A DNA stretch of 63,932 nucleotides, counting the filler, from Octopus bimaculoides (lineage: Eukaryota), in the NCBI RefSeq assembly GCF_001194135.2. It is 6 parts of 4 records of this genome, joined end to end, with 100 filler letters (N's around TTAATTAATTAA, not from the genome) between each part and the next. Parts side by side here need not be neighbours in the genome. Positions count along the whole stretch, not along the records: positions 48,376 to 61,309 come from NC_068989.1; positions 61,410 to 63,932 come from NC_068985.1; 4 more parts are not named here. One strand, 5' to 3'. This document shows positions 52,302 to 63,932 of this stretch, one piece after another. The position numbers and the translations under genes were made by a program. How positions within the stretch are numbered: position 1 is the stretch's first letter; each line of letters starts with the position of its first letter. The notes below the pieces were generated by a model. That model was not told the origin of the DNA. It searched no databases and saw only the letters and a program-made list of their open reading frames with translations.

Positions 52302-53258
52302 TATATATATATATATATATATATATNNNNNNNNNNNNNNNNNNNNNNNNNNNNNNNNNNNNNNNNNNNNNNNNNNNNNNNNNNNNNNNNNNNNNNNNNN
52401 NNNNNNNNNNNNNNNNNNNNNNNNNNNNNNNNNNNNNNNNNNNNNNNNNNNNNNNNNNNNNNNNNNNNNNNNNNNNNNNNNNNNNNNNNNNNNNNNNNNN
52501 NNNNNNNNNNNNNNNNNNNNNNNNNNNNNNNNNNNNNNNNNNNNNNNNNNNNNNNNNNNNNNNNNNNNNNNNNNNNNNNNNNNNNNNNNNNNNNNNNNNN
52601 NNNNNNNNNNNNNNNNNNNNNNNNNNNNNNNNNNNNNNNNNNNNNNNNNNNNNNNNNNNNNNNNNNNNNNNNNNNNNNNNNNNNNNNNNNNNNNNNNNNN
52701 NNNNNNNNNNNNNNNNNNNNNNNNNNNNNNNNNNNNNNNNNNNNNNNNNNNNNNNNNNNNNNNNNNNNNNNNNNNNNNNNNNNNNNNNNNNNNNNNNNNN
52801 NNNNNNNNNNNNNNNNNNNNNNNNNNNNNNNNNNNNNNNNNNNNNNNNNNNNNNNNNNNNNNNNNNNNNNNNNNNNNNNNNNNNNNNNNNNNNNNNNNNN
52901 NNNNNNNNNNNNNNNNNNNNNNNNNNNNNNNNNNNNNNNNNNNNNNNNNNNNNNNNNNNNNNNNNNNNNNNNNNNNNNNNNNNNNNNNNNNNNNNNNNNN
53001 NNNNNNNNNNNNNNNNNNNNNNNNNNNNNNNNNNNNNNNNNNNNNNNNNNNNNNNNNNNNNNNNNNNNNNNNNNNNNNNNNNNNNNNNNNNNNNNNNNNN
53101 NNNNNNNNNNNNNNNNNNNNNNNNNNNNNNNNNNNNNNNNNNNNNNNNNNNNNNNNNNNNNNNNNNNNNNNNNNNNNNNNNNNNNNNNNNNNNNNNNNNN
53201 NNNNNNNNNNNNNNNNNNNNNNNNNNNNNNNNNNNNNNNNNNNNNNNNNNNNNNNNNN

Positions 53259-53300
<42 letters not shown>

Positions 53301-53408
53301 AAAATATATGCCTACACAAATATATACATACATGCCTACAATACGTATATATATGTGTGTGGGTGAGTGTGTGTCTGTGTGTGCATGTGTGTGTACGTGT
53401 GTATGTGT

Positions 53409-53440
<32 letters not shown>

Positions 53441-54239
53441 ATAATGGCGGATATTAGCAGATTGGAATTCCTACCCACGTATATTATGTCTTCTGCTTAA
53501 ATCAATAAAATTCACCTGCTATTTTTGAAATTGAAACGCATAACTAGTGTTCCTGTGCATTAATGAAGGCTCTTGCAGAAATAATCACCTCATTCTCCTG
53601 CGGGAGAGAAAAAAGGGAACAGGAAGCACAATGAGGAAAGATATGTAAGTGAGAAACAAATATAAGCACAGAGAGAGCGAGCGAGGGAGAGACAGAGAGA
53701 TAGATAGAGAGGGAGAGAAAGAGAGGCAAAATAGTGTTGAAGCTTCCAATTGTGTAACATATTCAGTTATAGATGTAGCACTCTTGCGGCAGCTGAAAAG
53801 AAGACGAGCAGCTGCATACATAAAAAAGGAAAACAGGAGATGGACAAAAACACACAGATATACATGTGCGCACACACAAACACGCACACGCAAACACACA
53901 CACACAGATTTCTCATATATATTTGTATATGTATATATATATATATATATATATNNNNNNNNNNNNNNNNNNNNNNNNNNNNNNNNNNNNNNNNNNNNNN
54001 NNNNNNNNNNNNNNNNNNNNNNNNNNNNNNNNNNNNNNNNNNNNNNNNNNNNNNNNNNNNNNNNNNNNNNNNNNNNNNNNNNNNNNNNNNNNNNNNNNNN
54101 NNNNNNNNNNNNNNNNNNNNNNNNNNNNNNNNNNNNNNNNNNNNNNNNNNNNNNNNNNNNNNNNNNNNNNNNNNNNNNNNNNNNNNNNNNNNNNNNNNNN
54201 NNNNNNNNNNNNNNNNNNNNNNNNNNNNNNNNNNNNNNN

Positions 54240-54284
<45 letters not shown>

Positions 54285-54463
54285 TAGCAAGAAATTCCAG
54301 AGCCAGCTGAAATGTATGTCTTCAGAAAAGAAGTAACCCCCTTATGTAAGCCTTTCAGCCTGTAACTCCTACGACTCAAAAGGGACCGGATAATCCTCTG
54401 CTTCTGCATTAAGTGTTCTTGCTGCATTGCAACCCCACTGGATGGTTACAAAGATATATTATA

Positions 54464-55016
54464 TGGGGAAAATGCGAGCAAGGGAAATAATATTTCTAAG
54501 CTTATGAACATGGCAAAGTACAGGACAATTACTACACTTGGAAAAGTTCAGGGCAAGGTAATTACATCTGGTAAAGTAGAGAACAAGAAAAATTTTACTT
54601 AAAATATTGTAGCTAAGGATAAAATTTCACAGTAAAATTTGCTTGAGCTATTGCCAAGTCCTCACATTTTAGTCTTGACCCAATTCCTATTTTTTTTTAC
54701 ATAAAGAATTTGCCGATCATATATACTATTCTACTTTGCATAAAAATTTAGCTATATTGGTACTTATGGCTCTAATTTTTTAAGTTTTCTTGTGTGTCAA
54801 TATTTAACCAAAATGATGGTACCTTTTTTACTTATAATGTTACTTTGAAAACTAAAATCAAATAATTGTTAATATTCAAATTTTATCCTTAGTTGAAATA
54901 TTTTAAGTAAATTCTTTCTTGCTCTGCACTTTACCAGATACAATGTAATAACTTGTCCTCTACTTTTCCAGGTTTATAAACTTAAGGATATTATTTCTCT
55001 TGCTCGCATTTTTCCA
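54464..55016. mobile_element. MITE-like element with long TIRs containing subterminal tandem units, flanked by TATA
   Basis: Left end TGGGGAAAATGCGAGCAAGGGAAATAATAT; right end reverse complement TGGAAAAATGCGAGCAAGAGAAATAATAT. Similarity continues to about 54605 and 54897. TATA at 54460-54463 and 55017-55020. Confidence 0.8.
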
Positions 55017-55757
55017 TATAGTCCATGTTATGCTATGCTATTATGCTAAATAATAATGTGTCAATTAATTATTTAAGATTTTTACCTTACTAAAAATTGA
55101 ATCATAAATTTAACTTTTCTACTGTGTGTGTGTTAGTGAGAGAGGGATAGAGTGAGAAGATGTGTGTGTTTTGTGAGGGAGAGAGAGATTGACAGCTAAG
55201 TTTTTATTTATTTTCTTCGCATCTTTTTTGAGTGTGTGTGTAAGTGATTGACTGGGAGAGAGAGAGAGAGGTGTGTTTTGTCAGAGAGAGAGAGAGAGAG
55301 AGAGGTGGGAAAGAGTGATAGCGTAAATTTTATTTATTTACTTTTTCTCGCATCTTTTTTTAGTGTATACTTAACTGAGAGAGAGTGGTATTTTTCAGAG
55401 AGGAACAGGGAAGGTGTGTTTTGCTTTGTGTGTGTGTGAGAGAGAGAGAGAGAAAGAAAGGAACAGAGTAATAGCGTAATTCTTTTTATTTATTTAGTAT
55501 CTGAGTGATTGACTAAGAGAGCGAGAGAGAGCTGTTGTCATGTATCTGTGAAATGGCCAGGGTCAGTAACACACGCACACAAACACATACGTACGTCCAT
55601 TATCTGTTGTATACACGTATATGCATGAATACATATGCATACTTTTTTATGTCTGCGTGTGAGGGCGAGAAAATGTCATTGAGTGAAGATTTGTGTTCTC
55701 ATGACAATTTTTGGGAATGTATGTGTAAGTAGCCAAGTATAATTTATGTTCTCTCTC

Positions 55758-55795
<38 letters not shown>

Positions 55796-55796
55796 C

Positions 55797-55886
<90 letters not shown>

Positions 55887-56446
55887 TCCTCTCTATCTGT
55901 CAGTCAATCACCAACATATCCACTGAAAATTATGCGAGAAAAAATAAATAGATAATTACGCTTTCATCGTACTACGAATGAGCAAGGTGAGGTAATCCAA
56001 TGATACAAAGAAATTTACAATTAGGTATTCCAAACCAGTCGGAAGGACGAGGGTCCGTATCAGCGTGCAGTATGTAGTTAATTTTAAAAAACGGCGAAAA
56101 GGACAAAAGAAAATGCAACACCATGAGGACCTAGCATATGCAAAGTATTAATACGACGCTCAGAGAAAGGAGAGAGTAGTTGTTTTACGTTACGAGCATA
56201 GCTCCTCTTCGGAAACAGCAGACATAGAAAAGTCAGAAAGAAAAGGTAGAAGGCGGGAAAAAAATCGCCAACAGTCCAAATTTTGGAATGGCCATAAGTA
56301 GGACAATGCTAAATTGCTTTCTGATGCAGGAGACTGTGAAGACTGGTTGGTATCTGTGCGTATATGCGTGTAGGAGGAGCGTGTGGTGGCATATGTGTGT
56401 GATAGCGTGTGTGTATGGTACAGCGTGCGTGTGTAGCAGCAATTAA

Positions 56447-56478
<32 letters not shown>

Positions 56479-56736
56479 GTGTGTGTACGTGTGGTGCGTG
56501 CAATATTAATTGTGTGTCTGTATCGTATTAACTGTATGTGTTTGTGAGTAGCTGTGTGTGTGTGTTTTAATATCACACTCAGAGATCAGCAGTTATATAG
56601 AGAGCTGTGTGCATAGGTGGATGGCGTGCGTGTGTGTGTGTGTGTGTGTCTATGTTTGTGTGTCATTCTGTCACTCGCTCTCTGAATAAATGTATTTATC
56701 TATCTCTGTTTGTCACTCCGTTGCTTTCTCTCTCAG

Positions 56737-56771
<35 letters not shown>

Positions 56772-56964
56772 CTGTGTGTGTGTCTACGTTTCTGTGCGTA
56801 CGTGTGTACGTGCGTATATATGTGTGCATGTGTGTGCGTTGTGTTGGTGTGCTGTGTGTGGATGTGTATGGAGGTTGTATATATGTGTGCGTTGTGTACG
56901 TTGTGTTGTGTGCGTGTGTTGTGTGGGAAGATTGTGTGTGGAGGTATGAGTTATGTATGCGTTC

Positions 56965-56996
<32 letters not shown>

Positions 56997-57500
56997 TATC
57001 TACGTGGTACATGAAGTTTTAATTTGCTGGTTGTTTTGAATTTGTCTCTCTTGTTCTGTATTTGTCTCTCTTTGACTTTATCTCTCTGAACAACACTTTT
57101 GGTAATGAAATTTATACATGAGACAAAGATGTTCTCCTTTTGGGAAAGAATGAACCATACGTTAATGACAATGTCAGTTTCATTGTCATCGCGCTTGCGA
57201 TTATTGTGCAAGTTTTGTGTCGGCATTGCTACGTTTCTTTGTTTTCATTATCCTAGTATAAGCCTTTTATTAATTCTTCTCTTTCAAGCCATTTAGTATG
57301 GGCATGGTCATTCAAGGCTCGACTAGGGTTAAGCAATAGCAACAAACAATAAAAGCAACAAAATCTAACAGTTTTATTTATCACGATACTCCAAATAAAC
57401 TACAATTACAACTACTGTGTTTTGTTAGTGTCGCCCCATTGATGAATTCTTTCGGACTTAACTCTAATTATTAATTACTACTTAGTAATAACTACACTTT

Positions 57501-57565
<65 letters not shown>

Positions 57566-57708
57566 CTGATTGTAGTAATAAACCTGCTACTGTATTGCGT
57601 TTTATTAAGCCACGTGCAATTTATTTCATGTAGAGTTATAAGAGGAACGTGTTCAAATATCTGCATATGTACAAATATGTGTGTGTGTCTGTGTGCGCAT
57701 ACGCACGC

Positions 57709-57787
<79 letters not shown>

Positions 57788-58284
57788 GAAATGTCTACAA
57801 CTACGAGTGTAGAACTTTCGCTTAGGACAAATTTATGTTGGACAAGACTTTGTCAGGACGGATTTCACTTTTCGTTTGTTTTATTTTTCTGTTTTTGTTA
57901 TGCTTTGTTTTGTTTAAGAATCAACTGCAACCATCACATGCTATTTAATAGCGGATACGTTAAAACTAAAGATACGCCGAGTGCGTGACTTGGTTTCAAT
58001 ATACCACCAATCAATTTGTTTGACTTAACAGACCACATTTCACCTCAAATCATATTCTACAACCTTAAAAGAAGGTGGAACACGTTAGACTGCCCAGTCC
58101 TTGAAGAAGACAAAGAAAAGCAATATTATCTGATTATCATTCACCTACATATATATTTTGTATATATCGCACGCCCGTGATTGGATATATAAATGAATAT
58201 GAAACAAAGAATATGAAAGAGAGGGGAACTAATAAACTAGACATCCCAGCAGGTATTGTGTTGACACGACGTTTTTATCTAATT

Positions 58285-59340
58285 TGTAGTGTTTTTGATA
58301 CGCTGAATCCAAAAATGGAGTCCACTTTTATCACCAGGCGTAGATTTCAAGATATCAACCCCAACCAAATCATCATTGGGTGATATAAGTAAATTTAACG
58401 ATGGTCAATTTTCTCCTGGGGCAACAAAGTGGATGCTCCAATTATCCATGCTTCTTTAGGGACATAGAAAAGTAAAGCTAGGGAAAACATTTGGTAATGA
58501 AAGAATGACAGCGAATATTAGTTCCAGGGTCTTTTAATGTGGTTCGAGTGTCTTTAGTTCAACCGGGAATAATCATTTTATTGCCACTCTGTATCAAACT
58601 TGGCATTGTGACGCAGCTTGTTAAAGCTCTAGATAAAAATAGACCATTTCTCAGTGTTACCATTGAAACTTGGAAAGCTGGGCCTGAAACCACAAAAAGA
58701 TGGTACCTTTGTTAATTCAATGAATTGCATTGAAACAGTCGCACAGAATTCATATTTAATAGTTGTAAATGACTTTCTGGACAACAAAGAAGGAACCAAA
58801 TATGTTAAAATAGTCGACAACGTCTTGGGGAACTTTGAAAAGTTGGGAGTAAATATGAGCATAAAGATGCATTATCTCATCATTTACCTCTTCATAAATT
58901 TCTTTGAAATTTTGGCGACACAAGTGAAGAGCAGAGAGAACGTTTCCATTAGGACATGAAATCAATGGAACAAAGGTATCAAGTCGGATGGAACTTGCAT
59001 ATAATGGTGGATTATTACTGGAATTTGGATCCTGATTTTTCTTGGGTTCAACACTCAAAGAAAATCATGCAAACAAAAATTTGTGGGAAATTAGGCATAC
59101 AGAATGATGTAATTTACCTGTAGAAATTTTAAGAATTTCATTAGCTATTCTGTAAAATTCTTGTTTTCAAAAAAAAGATAAAGGTAATTTCTACCTATGC
59201 TTGTATGTTATGCCTTGTCCCCCATTATTAGTTTTATTGGAAAAACAATAAATTACTATGGATCCAGTATCTTAAAATATTGACGTGATGGTGACAAATG
59301 GTTGTTATTTTCGGATTTTGTGTATCAAAAAAGCTCTAGT
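58285..59340 (+). mobile_element. Internally deleted ISRm11-type (TcMar-ISRm11 class) DNA transposon with degenerate inverted ends
   Basis: MVNFLLGQQSG, PLCIKLGIVTQLVKALDK, LGVNMSIKMHYL, GDTSEEQRERFH*DMKSMEQRYQ..MVDYYW. Ends 58292-58355 and 59266-59333 are imperfect reverse complements (TTTTGATAC..AATCC.AAAAT...TTT.AAGATA). Confidence 0.85.
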
Positions 59341-60171
59341 TGAGGTGAACATTTTTTAACAACAGAGAATCTTTTTTTTTTATTAGCCTGAGCTTTCTAT
59401 GGAGTTTATCATTAATCGGAAGCTAAAGTTTGTTGCTTGCGTAATTTGATTTGGGAAAGGTACATTTGCGCAATTACTTTGCAGCCCAGAATATTGCATA
59501 CAGTTCAGCTATTTATCATAGTCAATTTACTCTCTACTCCTTCCCCACCTGTCCCTCTCTCTTTCAGCCACATTCTATCATTTTTTTTTCTCTCTCAATT
59601 TCTCATTTTCTCTGTCTGTCTCCGGTTTCTCGTTTCTCGATTATAAATGAATTTGGTAGACGGGAACTAGCTCTAGGTATTTGTGCTCGCGTATCAATAG
59701 CTATTGATTTGTTTACATCCAAATAACTTAGCGGTACAGTAATAATACATATCAATAGAATAAGTACCAGGCATAAAAAGAAATTATAAGACTAAACTAA
59801 TCAAAGCAGAGTCCCACCATGGCCGCTATCCAAAGACTGAAACAAATATAAAGCTAAAAGGGAAGACATGAAGCACACATGTATGACTACCTGTGTTCCC
59901 CTCTACCTTTTGACGATCAATGCTGGTTTCTTTGTGCAGCCAAAACCTAGTGATTCGGTAACAGACACACGTAGAATTAGAATCAGACTTTAAAATAAGT
60001 ATTGGGCTCGATTTCTCTCATGAAAATTTCAAGGTGATTCCCCAGAATAGCCGCAGTCCAGCGAATGAACGACATAAAAGATAGAAGATGAAATATATGC
60101 GCGTATGCGTCAATGTGTGAGTCATGAATTCTTATAGTAATACACATCATTTGTGTGTACAATTGTGTGCA

Positions 60172-60571
60172 TACAGTTCTGTATTTGAGAGATGAGGAAT
60201 TATGCACATTATTTACGTTATTTACATTTGACGGATATAAGGGTAGAGGAACAACGAAAAGTTGTGACATCCGAAGATATTGATAAATCGGATATAGCTG
60301 ATCATGTATGGCAAAATGGAGACCACCTCCCCTTGTGGGATGAAGTTAAAATAATAGACAGAAAATACGAAAGCTAACAGAAGCAGCACATATGCTAGGA
60401 CTCAACAACCTTCTAAGCAGATCCAGTGCAGATATGAGTAGCATGTGGGAACCGGTATTATGGAAGGATAGGAAGATATTAGATTTATAAGCCCTAAAAT
60501 TCAATCCATAATTGCCCACGGGCATATGGCGTAGTAGTTCCCAAGATTCCGAGTGTGATTCCAGGCAGTGA

Positions 60572-60657
<86 letters not shown>

Positions 60658-60663
60658 TGAATA

Positions 60664-60703
<40 letters not shown>

Positions 60704-60779
60704 NNNNNNNNNNAATAATAATAATAATAATAATAATAATGAGAAGGAGGAGGAGAAGAAGAAGAAGAAGAAGAATACC

Positions 60780-60828
<49 letters not shown>

Positions 60829-61008
60829 GCAACAACAACAACAGCAACAACAACAACAGCAACAACGAAATATACCTTAGGAATGAGAACCCAGTTTCGA
60901 AATATCTCCAAGACACCCGATGAAGGCTGGAGGGTATATCAGCCGAAACGTTGTGTTAACAACAAACAAGATGACAAATATCCGTCAAATGCAAATAATG
61001 TAAATAAT
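60172..61008 (+). mobile_element. 5'-truncated Penelope-like element: GIY-YIG C-terminal remnant, tRNA-like segment with (AAT)n/(AAC)n array, pseudo-LTR tail, and an inverted tail copy at the 5' end
   Basis: 60245-60480 translates with frameshifts to DKSDIADHVWQNGDHLPLWDEVKIIDR...EAAHMLG...MWEP, resembling a Penelope GIY-YIG C-terminus. Tail 60978-61008 is matched in inverted orientation by 60207-60237 (2 mismatches in 31). Confidence 0.75.
60912..60957 (+). ncRNA. Minimal type I hammerhead motif in the Penelope pseudo-LTR (U4-to-C in this copy)
   Basis: GACAC - CCGATGA - A - GGCTG GAGGGTATAT CAGCC - GAAACGT - T - GTGTT: stem I GACAC/GTGTT, 5-bp stem II, palindromic stem III ACGT. Confidence 0.6.
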
Positions 61009-61309
61009 TGTGTGCATCTCTTGCTATGTATATGAGATTGCACAATCATTTATCTGCGCATATGCATGCACTGTTACTTCTAAATTGATAGGTGTAGCTA
61101 GCACATGTTACCGTTACAGATATACAGATATACCCAAACAGGTACGCACGAACATTTTAATGGTTTACAAACATATTGACACATAATGCACGAGTGTAGA
61201 CCCAAACCCCTACACATTTGTTTGTTTTCTTTTTACTTCTTTCATTCAGGAGACAGCTATCGTATTAGGATAGAGAACCGGAGGTTTGATCGATATATAT
61301 ACATATATC

Positions 61310-61409
61310 NNNNNNNNNNNNNNNNNNNNNNNNNNNNNNNNNNNNNNNNNNNNTTAATTAATTAANNNNNNNNNNNNNNNNNNNNNNNNNNNNNNNNNNN
61401 NNNNNNNNN
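61310..61409. other. Artificial scaffold-join linker
   Basis: 44 N + TTAATTAATTAA (61354-61365) + 44 N. Confidence 0.95.
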
Positions 61410-61480
<71 letters not shown>

Positions 61481-61485
61481 CATAT

Positions 61486-61516
<31 letters not shown>

Positions 61517-61601
61517 TACATACATATATATATATATATATACATACACATATATATATACATGCACAAATATATATACATACACACACACACATATTAC
61601 A

Positions 61602-61634
<33 letters not shown>

Positions 61635-61848
61635 CTTTTATCTTTTAGTTGTTTCAGACTGTGGCCATGCTGTGGTACCACCTTGAAGGACATTTGGTCG
61701 AACAAACTGAACCCAGAACTTAGTTCTTTTTTTAAAGCCTACTACTCATTTTATCAGTCTCTTTTGCTGAACTGGTAAGTTACAGGGACATAAACAAACT
61801 GACACCGGTTGTCGAGCATCAGTAGGGGAACAAATATATAAATATATC

Positions 61849-61884
<36 letters not shown>

Positions 61885-62134
61885 TATTGCCTGTCTGTCT
61901 GCATGTCTGTCTCTCAACATTCTAATACTACCACCATCTCCTTCACCAACTCTCACACTACCACTAAATGCTACTGCCTCTTCTATCACCAGTGCTAAAT
62001 CATAAATCAATGCCAACACCAAAACCACTATCTCCATCCAACACCATCACAACTACACCACACCACCACTACCACCACCACCACCACCACCACTACCACC
62101 ATCGCCGCCACCACATCCATCACCACCACTACAT

Positions 62135-62228
62135 GGTACATCAGCCTCATGAAGGACCACCTATGTGGTCAGTTGGTCACCCTGTGAAAAATAGCAGCCA
62201 AATCAGTTTTTACAACAATCCCTACTCT

Positions 62229-62277
<49 letters not shown>

Positions 62278-63240
62278 TTATCACTGTCACTGCAACCACC
62301 ACTACCTATGACCCCATAAACAATGCCATCACCATGATCACCACAACCATTGCTACTACCACCATCACCACCACCGCCACCGCCACCACCACCACCGCAA
62401 CCACCACTACTGTCACCCCACCAGCCCCATGACAAGATCTATCAACTATGTGAGGGAATCCCTTTGAAGTCAGTTGGTCATCCTGCTACTAAAAATAGCA
62501 GCCAAATCACTTATATAACAACACTCTACACTACCATCACTTCTATGGCTGCCACGACTATCACGACCACTACCACAACTACCAACATCACCACTACCAC
62601 CACTAACACCACCACCACCACCACCACCACCACCATCACCAATACCATTGTCACAACAGCTTATCACTATCACTGGCACTATAACCAATGTCCCCACCAT
62701 AACCATAACCACCACCACTACAACCACCACTACCATCACCACTACCACTACAACCACCACAATATACATTATCCACATGAACGATATCCTTTGTAGTCAG
62801 TTGGTCAACCTACTGCTAAAAATAGCAGCCAAATCTCTTATATAACATGCTTTAGTCTACCATCACCTCTATGACCACGACCCCCACCACCACCACTACT
62901 TTGATCAACATGACCACCACTGCCACCACTAGCGCCACCACCACAAACACCACCAATACCGTTATTACAACAACTAAAATTACCACTACCACCATTAACT
63001 AACCGTTGTCACCATCACAGCAACCACAACCATAGTAACCACGACGACCACCACCACCACCACCACATCACCCCCATCGCCAGAACCGCCCCACTACCAA
63101 CATCACCAGAACCACCCAAACACCACCACCACTACAAGATACATCAGTTGCATGAGGGATTACGCTATGTGGCATCCGGTCAACTTGCTAGAAATAGAAG
63201 TTAAATCACTTATATAACACACCTAAGTGTTCTAAGACAA
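62135..63240 (+). repeat. Composite tandem array: four copies of an approximately 80-bp unit separated by (ACC/ACT/AAC)n spacers
   Basis: GTCAGTTGGTCA...AAAATAGCAGCCAAATC at 62168, 62469 and 62796, with a diverged fourth copy at about 63172; spacing about 301, 327 and 376 bp. Confidence 0.85.
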
Positions 63241-63643
63241 ACTGGAGTTAAAAAAAAAAAAATTTTCAAATCCCCAAAATGACGAGATGGTCATGGAAGG
63301 TTTTTTTTTTTTTTTTTGTACCACATAACCTCATGATCAGAGCTGGCCTGTGGTTAAATGACCTCAGTCACGCCACTCTGAGGCCTCAGAAAGTCAAGTT
63401 GTGTCAGTATTACAGCATGTCTTTACACTTGACGCACAGCAACATAGAAACAGAGCAGAAGAAACGGAAAGGGAAAGAAAGGAGGAAGAGAACAAAGTAA
63501 TTTTAATTGTTCTCTTCATTCTACCATTCTGCTTTTTTTGTTTTTTTTTGGCGTAATTCTCATACTACCATCATCATCATCATCATCAACATCATCAACA
63601 TCAACATGACTGAAACATTATAAACACTACCATTGTATTATGA

Positions 63644-63689
<46 letters not shown>

Positions 63690-63893
63690 ACACACACAAC
63701 TACATCTGCACGAACACTAATAAATCTGTGTGTATGTGTGTGTGAGGGATAGCATAAATAAATATATATATTATACATAGATAGATAGATAGATTGATAG
63801 ATAGGTACATGGATGTATTTATATATATGCATTGATATACATGTATATATATATATATATTTATGTACATGTGTATGTATATGTATATATATG

Positions 63894-63932
<39 letters not shown>

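Noticed and set aside
55195-55962. Recurring GCGTAA..TATTTA..TCTCGCAT motif (three plus-strand copies, one inverted)
   Set aside because: Short, AT-rich and embedded in GA/GT low-complexity sequence; most simply explained by local slippage duplication.
5861-60575. tRNA genes
   Set aside because: All A/B-box-containing segments continue into SINE bodies, and none could be folded into a complete cloverleaf.
61968-62796. His/Thr-rich mucin-like ORFs
   Set aside because: They derive from (ACC)n spacers and a repeated unit, with a frameshift between units and a stop in the third unit; no signal peptide or splice support.
62135-63240. CRISPR-like repeat-spacer appearance
   Set aside because: Eukaryotic context, degenerate 80-bp units, low-complexity spacers of more than 200 bp, and no cas genes.
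1-63932. Hundreds of ORFs in the supplied track (poly-CV/HT/YI/L/T/N or X-rich)
   Set aside because: They are translations of microsatellites and N gaps; none shows similarity to real proteins apart from the TE remnants listed.

Overview
This is AT-rich, microsatellite-saturated eukaryotic (animal) DNA with many N gaps. It is most likely an Octopus draft assembly, inferred from the SINE/LINE families and SSR density. The window is six sequence blocks joined by an artificial 100-bp linker (44 N + TTAATTAATTAA + 44 N), so contiguity across 19122-19221, 37265-37364, 44546-44645, 48276-48375 and 61310-61409 is not guaranteed. One host coding exon is recognisable: coding exon 1 of an Erg (KCNH2/6/7-type) potassium channel on the minus strand (36745-36820; [25 protein letters not shown], followed by a GTAAGT donor). 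Most of 1-36744 is probably its large first intron. The rest is decayed transposable elements: an RTE LINE, three L1/Tx1 pieces, an R4/Dong-type LINE, Penelope-like pieces, a maT-type Tc1/mariner, an ISRm11-type deletion derivative, MITEs and several tRNA-SINE families. Nearly all ORFs in the supplied track are SSR or N artefacts. The most notable observations are: (1) a 187-bp foldback element carrying a hammerhead-ribozyme motif on each strand, plus other hammerhead-bearing inverted-repeat or Penelope-like elements; (2) an 8-nt GACGGGCA/TGCCCGTC arrangement plus a candidate 100-nt intron in the erg 5' leader that could switch between a local hairpin and sequestration of the start codon; (3) a Gln11-to-Pro change in the otherwise conserved PAS-cap. 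The functional ideas are hypotheses drawn from sequence alone.
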